The translations under genes were made by a program, and so were the position numbers. A model generated the notes under the pieces. That model saw only the letters and a program-made list of their open reading frames with translations. It had not been told where the DNA came from and did not search any database. DNA of 63,685 nucleotides, counting the filler, from Octopus bimaculoides (taxonomy: Eukaryota), in NCBI RefSeq assembly GCF_001194135.2. It is 6 parts of 6 records of this genome, joined end to end, with 100 filler letters (N's around TTAATTAATTAA, not from the genome) between each part and the next. Parts side by side here need not be neighbours in the genome. Positions count along the whole stretch, not along the records: positions 1 to 27,964 come from NC_068983.1; positions 28,065 to 50,397 come from NC_068984.1; 4 more parts are not named here. One strand, given 5' to 3'. Below, piece after piece: positions 27,561-40,814 of this stretch (position 1 is the stretch's first letter; each line of letters starts with the position of its first letter).

Positions 27561-28064
27561 CAGTCCCAGTACACTCTTATCATTTGCGCACCCCATGTTT
27601 ATTGTGGATTATAACACAGCCAATAAATTTATTGTTAATCTCCAGAGTACAGATCACACGTTTCGATAATTTTAAGTGACATTTAGTCTCTTTTTGAGAC
27701 AGTTTAAATCATCATTGGTCTTTCAAGTATTAATGCGTTCTTAGCAGCAGTGTACGTCCGTACGTGTGTCCATTCATACACATTCCATATAGTGTGTGTG
27801 TCTGTGAGTATAAGCATTTACAAATCTATATATATATAATATAATGTATGTGTGTATGTGCATAAATAAATTTAAAATGTAAAAAATTATTTAAATATAT
27901 ATATATATATAAATGCACATGTATGTATTTAAACATAAATTTATATATATATATATATATATATNNNNNNNNNNNNNNNNNNNNNNNNNNNNNNNNNNNN
28001 NNNNNNNNTTAATTAATTAANNNNNNNNNNNNNNNNNNNNNNNNNNNNNNNNNNNNNNNNNNNN

Positions 28065-28110
<46 letters not shown>

Positions 28111-28212
28111 GGCAAAAAAATATGGAAAACTAGATTCAATAAAAGATGTAAATGTTTAATGCAAGAGAAAACAGTTCTTAATAATAAAATTAATAAAAAA
28201 AATATTTAATAA

Positions 28213-28243
<31 letters not shown>

Positions 28244-28633
28244 AATAATAAAGGAAGAAAATATAAAATGTGCGGCACTTAATTCTGTATTGTCTTTTAT
28301 ATGTTGGAATTAAAAAAGTATTTTGTTTATCCATCTAGTTTTAGATTTGCGTTGTATATGATTCTTAAAAGCTATTGAAAATGAAAGAATTTCTGTCCAA
28401 ATCATAATGTGGAACCAACGCCTTACTTTGTAAATGCTTGTTGTTGTTATTGTTGTTGCTGTTGTTGTTGTTGTTGTAGATTTTGTTTATTAGTATTAAT
28501 ATTTATTTATTGAAATTGTTTATTTATGTTTGTTGTTTATTTATTTATGTCCAATGACACCTCCTTTTAAAAGTGTTCACAAGCGAAAGTACTTTAGAAA
28601 AACAACAACAACAATACGAATAGTAACAACAAC

Positions 28634-28667
<34 letters not shown>

Positions 28668-29059
28668 GTATAAATAAATAGATAAATAAATAAATAAATG
28701 AAACATTAGCCGTCACCTAACGACCACTGTGCATTACTTGAGATGAAGTTAAGTTTGGAAGAATGATTACATTTTGACAAAATTTTAAATTATGTAAATA
28801 AATCGAACATTAAAATAAAGCAAACAAAAAAAATATCCTTTCTTTGTAAAAAAAAAAAAATGATGCAAAAATTTGAAAATAAATATTTTGATAAACAAAT
28901 AAGTAATAATAAATAAATAAGTGAAATAACATTTTGCTTTGTTATTTATAATTTCAAAGGTAAGTAAATTCCTCTTGAGAAGATAATAAGTTTCTATCTA
29001 ACTGATATTATTACAAACACTGTGTTTTTTCAAATCTAGTTTAGAAACTTTCATTTTAG

Positions 29060-29134
29060 ATGTTAGCTAAATTACTTAGAAAATCTATGAACAACATTTC
29101 TGCTTCCTATTTTCCATTTCTCTACAAAACTGGG
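29060..29134 (+). CDS. Candidate first coding exon MLAKLLRKSMNNISASYFPFLYKTG (transit-peptide-like) of an unidentified gene
   Basis: tcattttag|ATG acceptor, 25 open codons, ggg|gtgagt donor (phase 0); upstream donor aag|gtaagt at 28960 would give a 100-nt intron; no homology recognised. Confidence 0.3.
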
Positions 29135-29577
29135 GTGAGTGAACCTTTGTCATTTAACTCCCTAGCATTTAAACTGGCCATATTCAGACCAAATATTTGA
29201 CCTGTTTTTATGTTCAAATCATCAAGATCCTACTTCTTACACCTACTTTACAAGGTCATTCTAAAAATGAATTTCATCATCAAAATCTCAAAGCTAAAAG
29301 ACGACTGATTGACATTAAACATAATTTCATTTAAACTGACCTTATCCAGCCCAAATATTCTATCTGTTTTTATGTTCAAATCATCGAGATCCTACTTCTT
29401 ACACCTACCATACAATGTCATTCTAGAAATGAATTTCATCATTGAAACCTCAAAGCTAAAAGATAATAACTGATAGGCATTAAAGACAATTTCATTTAAA
29501 CTGGCTTATCCAGCCAAAATATTCTACTTGTTTCCTGTTCAAACTAGCTAAATCCAGTCTCCCACACAGACCCTACA

Positions 29578-29860
29578 ATCTTCAGTCTTAGTTACTCCTG
29601 TTCCTCACAGAACATTGAGTGACAAGTTTCCTCCACTGAGTGCAATCTGCTGCAGCCATTTTTGCAGCAGTCCAGGTCAATTACAGTTCCTGCAAGTCCT
29701 CACAGAGAATACTGCACGAGGTTTTGGGCAGTCTTCCTCTCCCTCATTTGCTTCCAGCCAGTGTCCAAGTTAATGCAGTGTGTGGCAGCCTGTGTTCTGT
29801 AGCCATATTATATGTCCAATGAATCACAATTGCTATGCCTAACATGTGCCCTCCATATTC
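29578..29860 (-). mobile_element. RTE LINE 3' coding fragment
   Basis: Minus strand EHRLPHTALTWTLAGSK*GRGRLPKT...LTWTAAKMAAADCTQWRKLV; possible TSD ctacaat. Confidence 0.75.
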
Positions 29861-29879
29861 TACAATGTGAATCCAAAGA

Positions 29880-30290
29880 TAAGATGTGGCTGTGTGATAA
29901 GAAGCTTGCTTCCCAACCACATGGTTCCAGGTTCAGTCTTACTGCATGGCACCTTGGGTAAGTGTTTTCTACTATAACCTCAGGCCGATCAAAACCTAGT
30001 GAGTGGATTTAAAAGACGGAAACTGAAAGAAGCCCATCGTAAATATGTGTATGTGTGTGTGTGTGTGTGTGTGTCTTTGTTTCAGTCTTTGTTCCCCACC
30101 AATTGCTTGACAACTAGTGTTGGGGTGTTTATGGTACTGTAACTTAGCAGTTCAGCAAAAAACCCCAATAGATTAAGTACCGGGCGTTAAAAAAATGTAT
30201 TGGGGTTGATTCATTTGACTAAAAACTCTTCAAGGCAGTGCCCCAGCATGGCCACAGTATAATGTCTGGAACAAGTAAAAGATAGATAAA
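29880..30290 (+). mobile_element. Family A SINE with heavy CpG decay
   Basis: Colinear with the 12025-12440 copy; many CG to TG/CA changes. Confidence 0.85.
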
Positions 30291-30871
30291 AGGTAATTAC
30301 ATCAGTGAACTCACAAAGCTACAAGATTAATACATTTGGCAGTATAATCTGAATTCTAAAGAATTAATCTTTAACACATTTAATCTTTTAATGATTTTCC
30401 TATTNNNNNNNNNNNNNNNNNNNNNNNNNNNNNNNNNNNNNNNNNNNNNNNNNNNNNNNNNNNNNNNNNNNNNNNNNNNNNNNNNNNNNNNNNNNNNNNN
30501 NNNNNNNNNNNNNNNNNNNNNNNNNNNNNNNNNNNNNNNNNNNNNNNNNNNNNNNNNNNNNNNNNNNNNNNNNNNNNNNNNNNNNNNNNNNNNNNNNNNN
30601 NNNNNNNNNNNNNNNNNNNNNNNNNNNNNNNNNNNNNNNNNNNNNNNNNNNNNNNNNNNNNNNNNNNNNNNNNNNNNNNNNNNNNNNNNNNNNNNNNNNN
30701 NNNNNNNNNNNNNNNNNNNNNNNNNNNNNNNNNNNNNNNNNNNNNNNNNNNNNNNNNNNNNNNNNNNNNNNNNNNNNNNNNNNNNNNNNNNNNNNNNNNN
30801 NNNNNNNNNNNNNNNNNNNNNNNNNNNNNNNNNNNNNNNNNNNNNNNNNNNNNNNNNNNNNNNATATATAT

Positions 30872-31672
30872 ACTCTTTTACTCTTTTCAGTCATTTGACT
30901 GCGGCCATGCTGGAGCACTGCTTTTAGTCGAGCAAATCGACACCAGGACTTATTCTTTGTAAGCCTAGTACTTATGCTATCGGTCTCTTTTGCCAAACTG
31001 CTAAGTTACAGGGACTCAAAAACACTAGCATCAGTTGTCAAGCGATGTTGGGGGGACAAACACAGACACATATGCATACATATACATAATTAAAACATAG
31101 GGTAAAAATCAGATATTAATTAATATCGATTTATTACCAGGAAGCTAGCACATTGAAAGAATCCGAGAGATTCAGAAAAAATATCTGAGATCTTAGGGGA
31201 TTAAAGTATATTTATATATATATAATGTTGACCTCTAAAGTGGACACTTAATGTGCTAGAAATAGATCACATGTGTCTACTAAGATTTTCTCGGTAAGAG
31301 ATTTTTAACTCCGAAACCTGGTCCACGAATAAATTTTTAATTTTATGTATGTAATTTTCAATGTCTTGCTCGCTTACGGTTTGGTATTTCGCTGAATTTC
31401 TTTTGAGAACTACTAGGTCTTAGTAGACACAACATGTGGTCTATTTCTAGCATATTAAATGTCCACTTTACTGGTAAACTTTATATATATAAAAATATAC
31501 ATATACATATATACAATGGGCTTCTTTCAGTTTCCGTCTACCAAATCCACTCACAAGGCTTTGGTTAGCCCGAGGCTATAGTAGAAGACATTTGCCCAAG
31601 GTGCCACGCAGTGGGACTGAACCTGGAACCATGTGGTTGGTAAGCAAGCTACTTACCACACAGCCACTTCTG
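30872..31672 (-). mobile_element. Family A SINE split by a foldback element inserted in its internal TA tract
   Basis: 3' part at 30872-31085, 5' part at 31505-31672. Confidence 0.8.
31090..31500. mobile_element. Foldback/MITE-like element with ~75-bp inverted arms
   Basis: Arms ~31208-31285 and ~31418-31500 (aaagtggacacttaatgtgctagaaatagatcacatgtgtctactaaga and its reverse complement); 5' segment shared with 39213-39273. Confidence 0.7.
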
Positions 31673-32009
31673 CATCTATCNNNNNNNNNNNNNNNNNNNN
31701 NNNNNNNNNNNNNNNNNNNNNNNNNNNNNNNNNNNNNNNNNNNNNNNNNNNNNNNNNNNNNNNNNNNNNNNNNNNNNNNNNNNNNNNNNNNNNNNNNNNN
31801 NNNNNNNNNNNNNNNNNNNNNNNNNNNNNNNNNNNNNNNNNNNNNNNNNNNNNNNNNNNNNNNNNNNNNNNNNNNNNNNNNNNNNNNNNNNNNNNNNNNN
31901 NNNNNNNNNNNNNNNNNNNNNNNNNNNNNNNNNNNNNNNNNNNNNNNNNNNNNNNNNNNNNNNNNNNNNNNNNNNNNNNNNNNNNNNNNNNNNNNNNNNN
32001 NNNNNNNNN

Positions 32010-32045
<36 letters not shown>

Positions 32046-32149
32046 TTTTTATTTCATTCTCAACCAAAACTGTCCAATAAATGGGAATGTGAAACTCTGA
32101 GTAACAGTTTTTTGTGATACTTTTACAGATTTAATGATAAAGTATATAT

Positions 32150-32325
32150 GTAAAAGGCATCCATGCCAGTGTCATGCAAAAAGCACTCAGCACCTTTTGT
32201 CAAATGGTTGGGGTTAGAAAGGGCACCCAGCCATAGAAGCCAAAACCAAAGCCAAATTGGACTAGAGCCTGGTGAAGCTCCCCAGCTTGCCAGCATGGAA
32301 AAACAGGCATTAAATGATAATAATG
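32150..32325 (+). mobile_element. Family D SINE-like fragment with an RTE-like (GAT)n tail
   Basis: ggttagaaagggcacccagccatagaa and catggaaa...taaatgataataatga, shared with 46945-47315. Confidence 0.6.
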
Positions 32326-33387
32326 ATTAATGAAACACATGTTTATATATGAATAAATATGTACATGCATGTGTGTGCAGACATGCACATGTGTGTGTGT
32401 GTGTGTGTGTGTGTCCCCTTCATTTTCAATCTTTCATGAAAACATGTCCAGCCATGGGAGTATATTACCTAATATGGAAATACATTAAGGTTGGTAATTG
32501 GAATGGCATTTAGCCTCAGAAAATCTGCTTCAAATGTTCTGCATGGAAAAGTAGATGTTATGTTGATGATGATGATGATGACGGGGGGGTGAAGAGGAGG
32601 TGGATGAAGAGGACGAGGAGGAGGAACAGGAGGAGGAGGAGGAGGAGGAGGATGGTGATGATGGTGATGATGATGATGACGACAATGATGATGACGACAA
32701 CGATGATGATGACGATGTTGACGATGATTACATACTTGTTAGATATGTTAATTTTTCATTTCATATCTACTAATGAAAATTATTTTCGTACCTATTTAGT
32801 GATTTTTTTCATCAATCCTATGACATGTACAGTGGAGCCTATGCTTAGCTAAGAAGGTTTAATAAGACCAAAACATGTTTCAATTTGTCTACCATACATG
32901 CTGAAATTATTAAAATAATGTTAATTAATTACTTAATCGAATACTATCTTTCTCATCACATAACTTCTTTTAAAATATTGTTGGCACTCTTTACATAAAA
33001 CACGTTAACTTTAAACTTAATTACTGTTCAAATTTAATTAGCTTTCATAAGATAATTAGTCCAAAATATATGGAACAATAGCGAATAAGAAGTGACAGCA
33101 AGTGAAATAACCTGCCTGTCGCTGTTGTTGTTGTTAATGATGTTTTTGGTTTTGGTGCATTGCCTCCCATTAGAAGACTTATTACCATAGACATTCCAAC
33201 CATGACTTTCCTGTCTTTTACCCATGAATACTGAGGACCACATTACGTCTCTTTTTTTTCCCTAAAACAGTGGATTAAGATTTTTGAGGGGAATTTGGCT
33301 CTTGTTTCTGAAAGGCTAAGAAACTACGTAGAAGTTCAATTTTTGGTTCAACTTCTTAGCTGTTTAGTTTCTGCTACTATTATCACC

Positions 33388-33772
33388 GTGGAGGCGCAAT
33401 GGCCCAGTGGTTAGGGCAGCGGACTCGCGGTCATAGGATCGCTGTTTCGATTCCCAAACCGGGCGTTGTGAGTGTTTATTGAGCGAAAACACCTAAAAGC
33501 TCCATGAGGCTCTGGCAGGGGATAGTGGCGAACCCTGCTGTACGCTTTAACCACAACTTTCTCTAACTCTTACTTCCTGTTTCTGTTGTGCCTGTAATTC
33601 AAAGGGTCAGCCTTGTCACACTGTGTCACGCTGAATATCCCTAAGAACTACATTAAGGGTACACGTGTCTGTGGAGTGCTCAGCCGCTTGCACGTTAATT
33701 TCACAAGCAGGCTGTTTCGTTGATTGGATCAACTGGAACCCTTGACGTAGTAAGCGACGGAGTGCCAACAAC
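33388..33772 (+). mobile_element. Full-length family C tRNA-derived SINE
   Basis: gtggaggcgcaatggcccagtggttagg head and tttcgattccc B-box; TSD-like actattatcac / actgttatcac. Confidence 0.9.
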
Positions 33773-33967
33773 AACTGTTATCACTGTTTAGCCCTAGGTC
33801 AACCCTGAACTTGCAGAGCTATGATCAAAGAGGTTTCAGCTATGTTCACTCCAGGCTCAGAACATAATGCACTAAGAAATTAAACATTCAATGAGTTCTT
33901 GTACAGTTGACAATGAGAATGTATAATCTGGTAATGAAATTTTAAAATAAATTATTTCAGAGAATTA

Positions 33968-34385
33968 TGTGAGGAGTGGCTGTGTGGTAAGTAGCTTGCT
34001 TACCAACCACATGGTTCCGGGTTCATTCCCACTGTGTGGCACCTTGGGCAAGTGTCTTCTACTATAGCCTCGGGCTGACCAAAGCATTGTGAGTGGGTTT
34101 GGTAGACGGAAACTGAAAGAAGCTCGTCGCATATATGTATATATATATATACATATATGTGTATGCGTGTGTATATGTTTGTGTCTGTGTTTGTCCCCCC
34201 AACATCGCTTGACAACCGATGCTAGTGTGTTTACATCCCCGTAATCTAGCGGTTCGGCAAAAGAGGCCAATAGAATAAGTACTAGGCTTCCAAAGAATAA
34301 GTCCTAGGGTCAATTTGCTCGACTAAAGGTGGTGCTCCAGCATGGCCGCAGTCAAATGACTGAAACAAGTAAAAGAGTAAAGAGA
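33968..34385 (+). mobile_element. Full-length family A SINE
   Basis: Colinear with the 12025-12440 copy. Confidence 0.9.
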
Positions 34386-34539
34386 GAGATATAACATACG
34401 ACATAAATGATTTAACATGCAAGCTATGTACTAGGTGTATATGAATGGCTCGTGAAGGCAGTACAAGCTATACACTAGGTGAAGAAAAATGGCTAGTAAA
34501 GGATGTATAACTATATACAAAGAAGAGTTGTGTAAAGAA

Positions 34540-34720
34540 GTGCCGATCTCTAACTGTGATGGGAACCTGTGGAAGAGGTAGACCTAGGAAAACATGGTAT
34601 GAGGTAGTGAAGCATGGTCTTCAAATGCTAAAACCTCATGGTGGCAATGACTTGGGACTGAGACCTTTGGCAAAATTCTGTGCTTGAGAAGACTCATCAA
34701 GTCATGTGGAATCATTGGTG
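34540..34720 (+). mobile_element. RTE LINE C-terminal fragment
   Basis: Reads DGTCGRGRPRKTWYEVVKHGLQM. Confidence 0.65.
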
Positions 34721-34960
34721 TTGCTGGAGTCATGCTTCTGGCAAGCATGAAATCATAATCTTGGCCATTGCCAGAAGCATGATTTTTGAATATTGGGCCT
34801 CATGGAGGTGATGACAAGTGACCAAGACCTTGCTAATATTATGGCGATATTCTACTTAAGACCTTGGTGATATTGAGAAAACTTGTCATAGATAGATAGA
34901 TAGATAGATATACAGAAATTGAATATCAATTGAGTGCCCTTTTCTTTCCTTTGTCCACAC

Positions 34961-35014
<54 letters not shown>

Positions 35015-35074
35015 AACACAAATATATGCATGCATATATATACATATATATATATATGTATGTTTGTGTGTGTA

Positions 35075-35111
<37 letters not shown>

Positions 35112-35551
35112 CAATATACCACTAGGAAGATTCACTAAGAATGAAAGGAAGTGTCCTGTTATAAATATACCTCGTTTTCTGTTTATCGATTCCTCTCACC
35201 AAACTACACCTATCATTCAGAATATTTTGCACACTGCAGATAATGACAAGAACAAGGAAAACGATAAGAATAATAAAAACAACAACAATAACAATAATAA
35301 TTTTAATAATGACAATAACAACAACAGCCCCAATAATAGTCATGATCACAACACTATAACAATAGTCTGTTAGATTCAGTTCGATTATGTGATCTGCTGT
35401 TATAGACTTGAGCTTCTGTTAGCCTTCACCAAAAGCCATAAATATAGATGCCATGGAACTTGTGAACATTTCCAGTAACCATATATGTAATGTTGAACAT
35501 TGTACATAAGGTTGTACATGTGTGTGTGTGTGTGTGTATATATATAGATAC

Positions 35552-35582
<31 letters not shown>

Positions 35583-35622
35583 TATATAGGATGTATACAT
35601 ACATATGTAGATAGATAGAGGG

Positions 35623-35721
<99 letters not shown>

Positions 35722-36906
35722 TACATATATACACACATACATATCTATGTATGTTCCTGTGAGTGTGTGTGTGTGTGTGTGTGTGCTCGCACATATTTAT
35801 AATACATGTGTATTATAATATAAATATGTATTTGTATATACATACATCTATATATTATATAAATATATATATTTTATTATATGTAAATAGATATATATGT
35901 ATAAATAAATGTATACATATATGTGTATATATATATTTATACATATGTTCATAAATATACATATGCATGTGTGTGTGTGTGTATATATGTGTGTGTGTGT
36001 GTATATATATATATGTGTGTGTGTGTGCTCATATATATAGATATATACATATCTACATATATAGATAGATAGAGGGATATGCATGTATGTATACATATAG
36101 ATGTAGGTATGTACATATATGTTTGGATATATGCATATATTTATATATTTATATTATTATATATATATATATGTGTATATATATATATGTATATAGGTAT
36201 ATAGATGCACACATACAGATCTGTGTGTGTGTGCGCATGCATGTGTGTGTATGTGTGTATTTATACATATGTTCATAAATATGCATGTGTGTGTACATAT
36301 ATATATACACATACATACATACACATACATAATACATATATATATACATATATATATACACACACACATCATATATAGGCAAAGGCATGATAGATGTAAA
36401 AATGTCCATGCATTTAAAAATTATTTTTTCTTTTACCTTTTACAGCCCTCTATCAGTATTTTAAATCATTTAATAAGAGAATAGTAATAATAGTGGAACA
36501 TTAGGGGTTCACCCAATGTATTGCTATAGATTTAAATATAGAAGTTGTTCGGTGAGATGCATACAATATATTGTAATATCTACCGCTGGTAAATACACGT
36601 GTTTGTATAAAATATATAATTCACTTCTATGTAAGAATATATATTTAGCCTTGCCATTTGATATTTCTATTATATATGGTATTATTACTCGTGTTGATTT
36701 TGTTTTAATAATATAATATAAAAAAAAAACATTTTAGAATATGAGATATTGTTGGATTTTAAAATTCTTGTATAATGTGTGAAATTTTAAGTAAGTAACT
36801 TGAATAGACCTTAAAGAGAAGAGGTGTACATAAGAAGCATGCTTTTAAACTTTGTGGTTTCATTTCAATCCCAATGTGGTATAAATTTCAGAAAAGTCAA
36901 ATATAC

Positions 36907-36977
<71 letters not shown>

Positions 36978-37535
36978 CGTTGTACTGAATAATGGCTAGT
37001 GCTGAATCTGTATTCTGTTTCTTTCATCAATTATTATTATTATTATTTTATATATATATATATGTATATATATAAATATATCCACATATATGACAGGCTT
37101 CTTTCAGTTTCTGCTTCCCAAACCTCCTCACAAAGCTCTGGTCAGCTTAGAGGTATAGTAAAACACACTTGTCCATGTTTCCAATGCGTGGGACTAAACC
37201 AAAATCCATATGGCTGGAATGTGACTTTTTAACCATGCAAACAACATGAGTTAAATATTTTGACAAACCAGTGATGTTAATTTTTGTGGGTGAAAATATG
37301 TTGTAAGTAAAATTTATAAGATGTGTCATCTCCAAGACTAATGAGGTTCCAGCAACCAAACTTTAGGACTATTGATATTGTAATTTAACTGGAAATTTGG
37401 TGCTTTTATGTAAATTTCATGAAGACTTTGATTGTATTTTGCTTTTTGGCTATTTTGTGCATTTTGAATGCTTATTTTTGTGTGTGTAGTGGTTGTTTCA
37501 AAATCGAATATTGTACGTTTCTGTATTTCTCAGGT

Positions 37536-37581
<46 letters not shown>

Positions 37582-38334
37582 NNNNNNNNNNNNNNNNNNN
37601 NNNNNNNNNNNNNNNNNNNNNNNNNNNNNNNNNNNNNNNNNNNNNNNNNNNNNNNNNNNNNNNNNNNNNNNNNNNNNNNNNNNNNNNNNNNNNNNNNNNN
37701 NNNNNNNNNNNNNNNNNNNNNNNNNNNNNNNNNNNNNNNNNNNNNNNNNNNNNNNNNNNNNNNNNNNNNNNNNNNNNNNNNNNNNNNNNNNNNNNNNNNN
37801 NNNNNNNNNNNNNNNNNNNNNNNNNNNNNNNNNNNNNNNNNNNNNNNNNNNNNNNNNNNNNNNNNNNNNNNNNNNNNNNNNNNNNNNNNNNNNNNNNNNN
37901 NNNNNNNNNNNNNNNNNNNNNNNNNNNNNNNNNNNNNNNNNNNNNNNNNNNNNNNNNNNNNNNNNNNNNNNNNNNNNNNNNNNNNNNNNNNNNNNNNNNN
38001 NNNNNNNNNNNNNNNNNNNNNNNNNNNNNNNNNNNNNNNNNNNNNNNNNNNNNNNNNNNNNNNNNNNNNNNNNNNNNNNNNNNNNNNNNNNNNNNNNNNN
38101 NNNNNNNNNNNNNNNNNNNNNNNNNNNNNNNNNNNNNNNNNNNNNNNNNNNNNNNNNNNNNNNNNNNNNNNNNNNNNNNNNNNNNNNNNNNNNNNNNNNN
38201 NNNNNNNNNNNNNNNNNNNNNNNNNNNNNNNNNNNNNNNNNNNNNNNNNNNNNNNNNNNNNNNNNNNNNNNNNNNNNNNNNNNNNNNNNNNNNNNNNNNN
38301 NNNNNNNNNNNNNNNNNNNNNNNNNNNNNNNNNN

Positions 38335-39032
38335 TATATTTAAGAATTTAAGGATTGGAGAAAACGCATGTTATAATTGCATACATTGTTCCTACATATG
38401 TTTCAAAGGATTACAACCTGTGTGATCCATAGGGATCTTTGATATTAAAATTGTAACCTTCTCATCAGGGAAAGCATGGGAATCATCTTAAATGTAAGAC
38501 ATTATGACCAATTATGAAAACAATAGATGGATAAGGTTATGACTTAATTCATTTGAAAAAAACCGTTAGAGAATTGGACGCTGCCGGATAGTGGGTTGGA
38601 CAACACATACCAATCAATTTGTAAGAGCGTACATGCATACATAAATACATATACACAAACATACACATATATACACATGTATCAGTATGCATGTATATAT
38701 GTGTATGTTTGTGTATATGTATTATGCATGCATGTACGCTCTCACACATTGATTGGTATGTGTTGTCCAACCCACTATCCGGCAGCGTCCAATTCTCTAA
38801 CGGTTTTTTTTCAAATATATTAAGTCATAACCTTATCCATCTATTGTTTTCATAATTGGTCATAATGTCTTACGTTTAAGATGATTCCCATGCTTTCCCT
38901 GATGAGAAGGTTACAATTTTAATATCAAAGATCCCTATGGATCACACAGGTTGTAATCCTTTGAAACATATGTAGGAATAAAGTATGCAATTATAACATG
39001 CGTTTTCTCCAATCCTTAAATTCTTAAATATA
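38335..39032. repeat. ~700-bp near-perfect inverted repeat (arms ~340 bp, ~16-nt spacer)
   Basis: 38335-38675 is the reverse complement of 38692-39032 with scattered mismatches. Confidence 0.92.
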
Positions 39033-39212
39033 CTCAAATACCCAAAATTTCAAGGAGTTCCTGCCTTAAAAACAGGAACTAAACCACAGTTATTTTGTGT
39101 TCTTTGCTACATTGGTTTCTATTAAACCATTTATTCTATCAGAAGAATTTTTATTCATTAAGATAGAAGAAATANNNNNNNNNNNNNNNNNNNNNNNNNN
39201 NNNNNNNNNNNN

Positions 39213-39479
39213 TTTAATACCAGGTAACAAGCACATTAAAAGAATCAGGGAGATTCAGAAAAAATCTGAGATCTCAAACGATTATTGTATATGTATATAT
39301 AAGAATATATAAAACTATATATAAAGGAGGTCACTAGGTAGACTGCTTATGTACTAGAAGATCACATGTCATGTGTCTACTAAGACCGAATAATTCTCCC
39401 CTTTGAGAATTATTCAGTCTTAGTAGACACATGACATATGATCTTCTTCTAGCACATTAGCAGTTCACTTAGTGACCTC

Positions 39480-39490
<11 letters not shown>
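39213..39490. mobile_element. Foldback element of the same family as 31090-31500, with a ~175-nt hairpin at 39316-39490
   Basis: Arms tatataaaggaggtcact...ctactaagaccgaataattctc / gagaattattcagtcttagtag...agtgacctcctttatata; 6-nt loop. Confidence 0.8.
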
Positions 39491-39519
<29 letters not shown>

Positions 39520-40814
39520 AATGAAAAAATATGTTGTAAATAAACAAATGACAATGTATACTGAATATACAACAAGACAGGAGACAGGCATAGTATGTCC
39601 CTAATTCTTCATCAGTTATCAACCAAATGGTATTACTCAGTTTCTCATATATATGCTGTGACATAAGGAAGAGCATTTAGTATATCAGAATTGGTGTTTG
39701 TTTGATTATCCTTGTTGGTTACTGTTCTTCAAGTTATATTCCTTTTAATTCTTAGAATCTTCTGCTCCAAATTCTGAAATTGAAGACAATTGGACATATT
39801 GTTTATGATGGTATATTTATTCTGGTGTGTTTTGGGTGGCAAGAAATAAAAATTTAAGTATTGTTTCAAGTCCGTCAGTTTGTAGTTGATTCCAGTTTCA
39901 ATGTATATGCCTTTTCTTTTTTTAGATTAAAATATCCGTGAACTTGTATATTGCTGCTTATGAAATAAATCACTTTTATAATGGCCTATTTATAGTATTA
40001 TTTATAGTATTTATCGTATTATCTAACTCAAAGTAGATAATACTATAAATAATAGTGTAAAAACCCTTCAATAGAAAAAGTATTTTCCATCCAAGAGTCT
40101 TTAACCCTATATAATTATTTATAGCTTTATCAGTTTCAAGTTCTAGGTTTAAAAAAAGAATGATTTATCACATATATCTTGTAAATAACATTATTATATT
40201 ATTAATAATGGTTTCAAGTCACTGGGGAAGACTGGATGGTGATCCAAGTAATGTTTCTAATATTCTAATAGATATTCATGAAAGCTGGTGTCATACTTTA
40301 GTCTAGATTATTAATACAGCTAGACTCCTAGGTATGCAATGATTAAATTGGCATAAGTAGGCACAAATTTCATCCCCATTGTTGTTTCAGATGTTTGTTT
40401 GTAACTGCTTCCTTTGAAGTCAGTAAAAATATTTTATCAGATGGATATAATTCTTTCAATGATTAATCACACATATATAATCATGACTGAAATATACTAT
40501 TTGTTGAACAGTGTCTACATTTGTATATCTAATATCTTTCATATGTTGATTTGCAGTTGCAAAATGTGGCAACCAAACCCATGAGTCATGGTTCACACTG
40601 ATGAAGAAGAAGCCTTTATTTGGTTCACCATTCTGCCAGCCATTTCTCTTCCTACTTGCACCACACCAGCTTAAATGTAGAAGAATAAATTTTCCAGTAC
40701 AGATCCTTGTATTTATATAAAGACAATGAAATAGTCAAAGCTGGAATACCTTTTTGATGAAGAATAACATGGGGTGGAGTAACTGTTGGAGTAACTACCT
40801 CCCTACCTCCAGTA

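Larger units (their letters stand above)
29153..30367 (+). mobile_element. piggyBac-type MITE with an internal ~162-165-bp tandem expansion, interrupted by RTE and SINE insertions
   Basis: 5' end ttaactccctagcatt and 3' end ...taatctgaattctaaagaattaa match the 45052-45271 copy; repeat units start at ~29166, 29328 and 29493. Confidence 0.65.

Noticed and set aside
28009-28020. TTAATTAATTAA islands inside N runs (also ~50443, 52915, 59823, 61893)
   Set aside because: An identical 12-mer centred in fixed-length N pads is an assembly linker, not biology
34886-36484. Many ORFs such as poly-YI, CV, HT and the long X-containing ORFs across the window
   Set aside because: Translations of dinucleotide microsatellites or N gaps
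36446-36551. Strong polypyrimidine acceptor (ttttacag|ccct)
   Set aside because: Stops in all three frames within ~60 nt; at best a non-coding exon, unsupported
39482-39655. Minus-strand acceptor followed by HIYEKLSNTIWLITDEELGTYYA...
   Set aside because: No convincing donor, and the frame runs into a TA microsatellite
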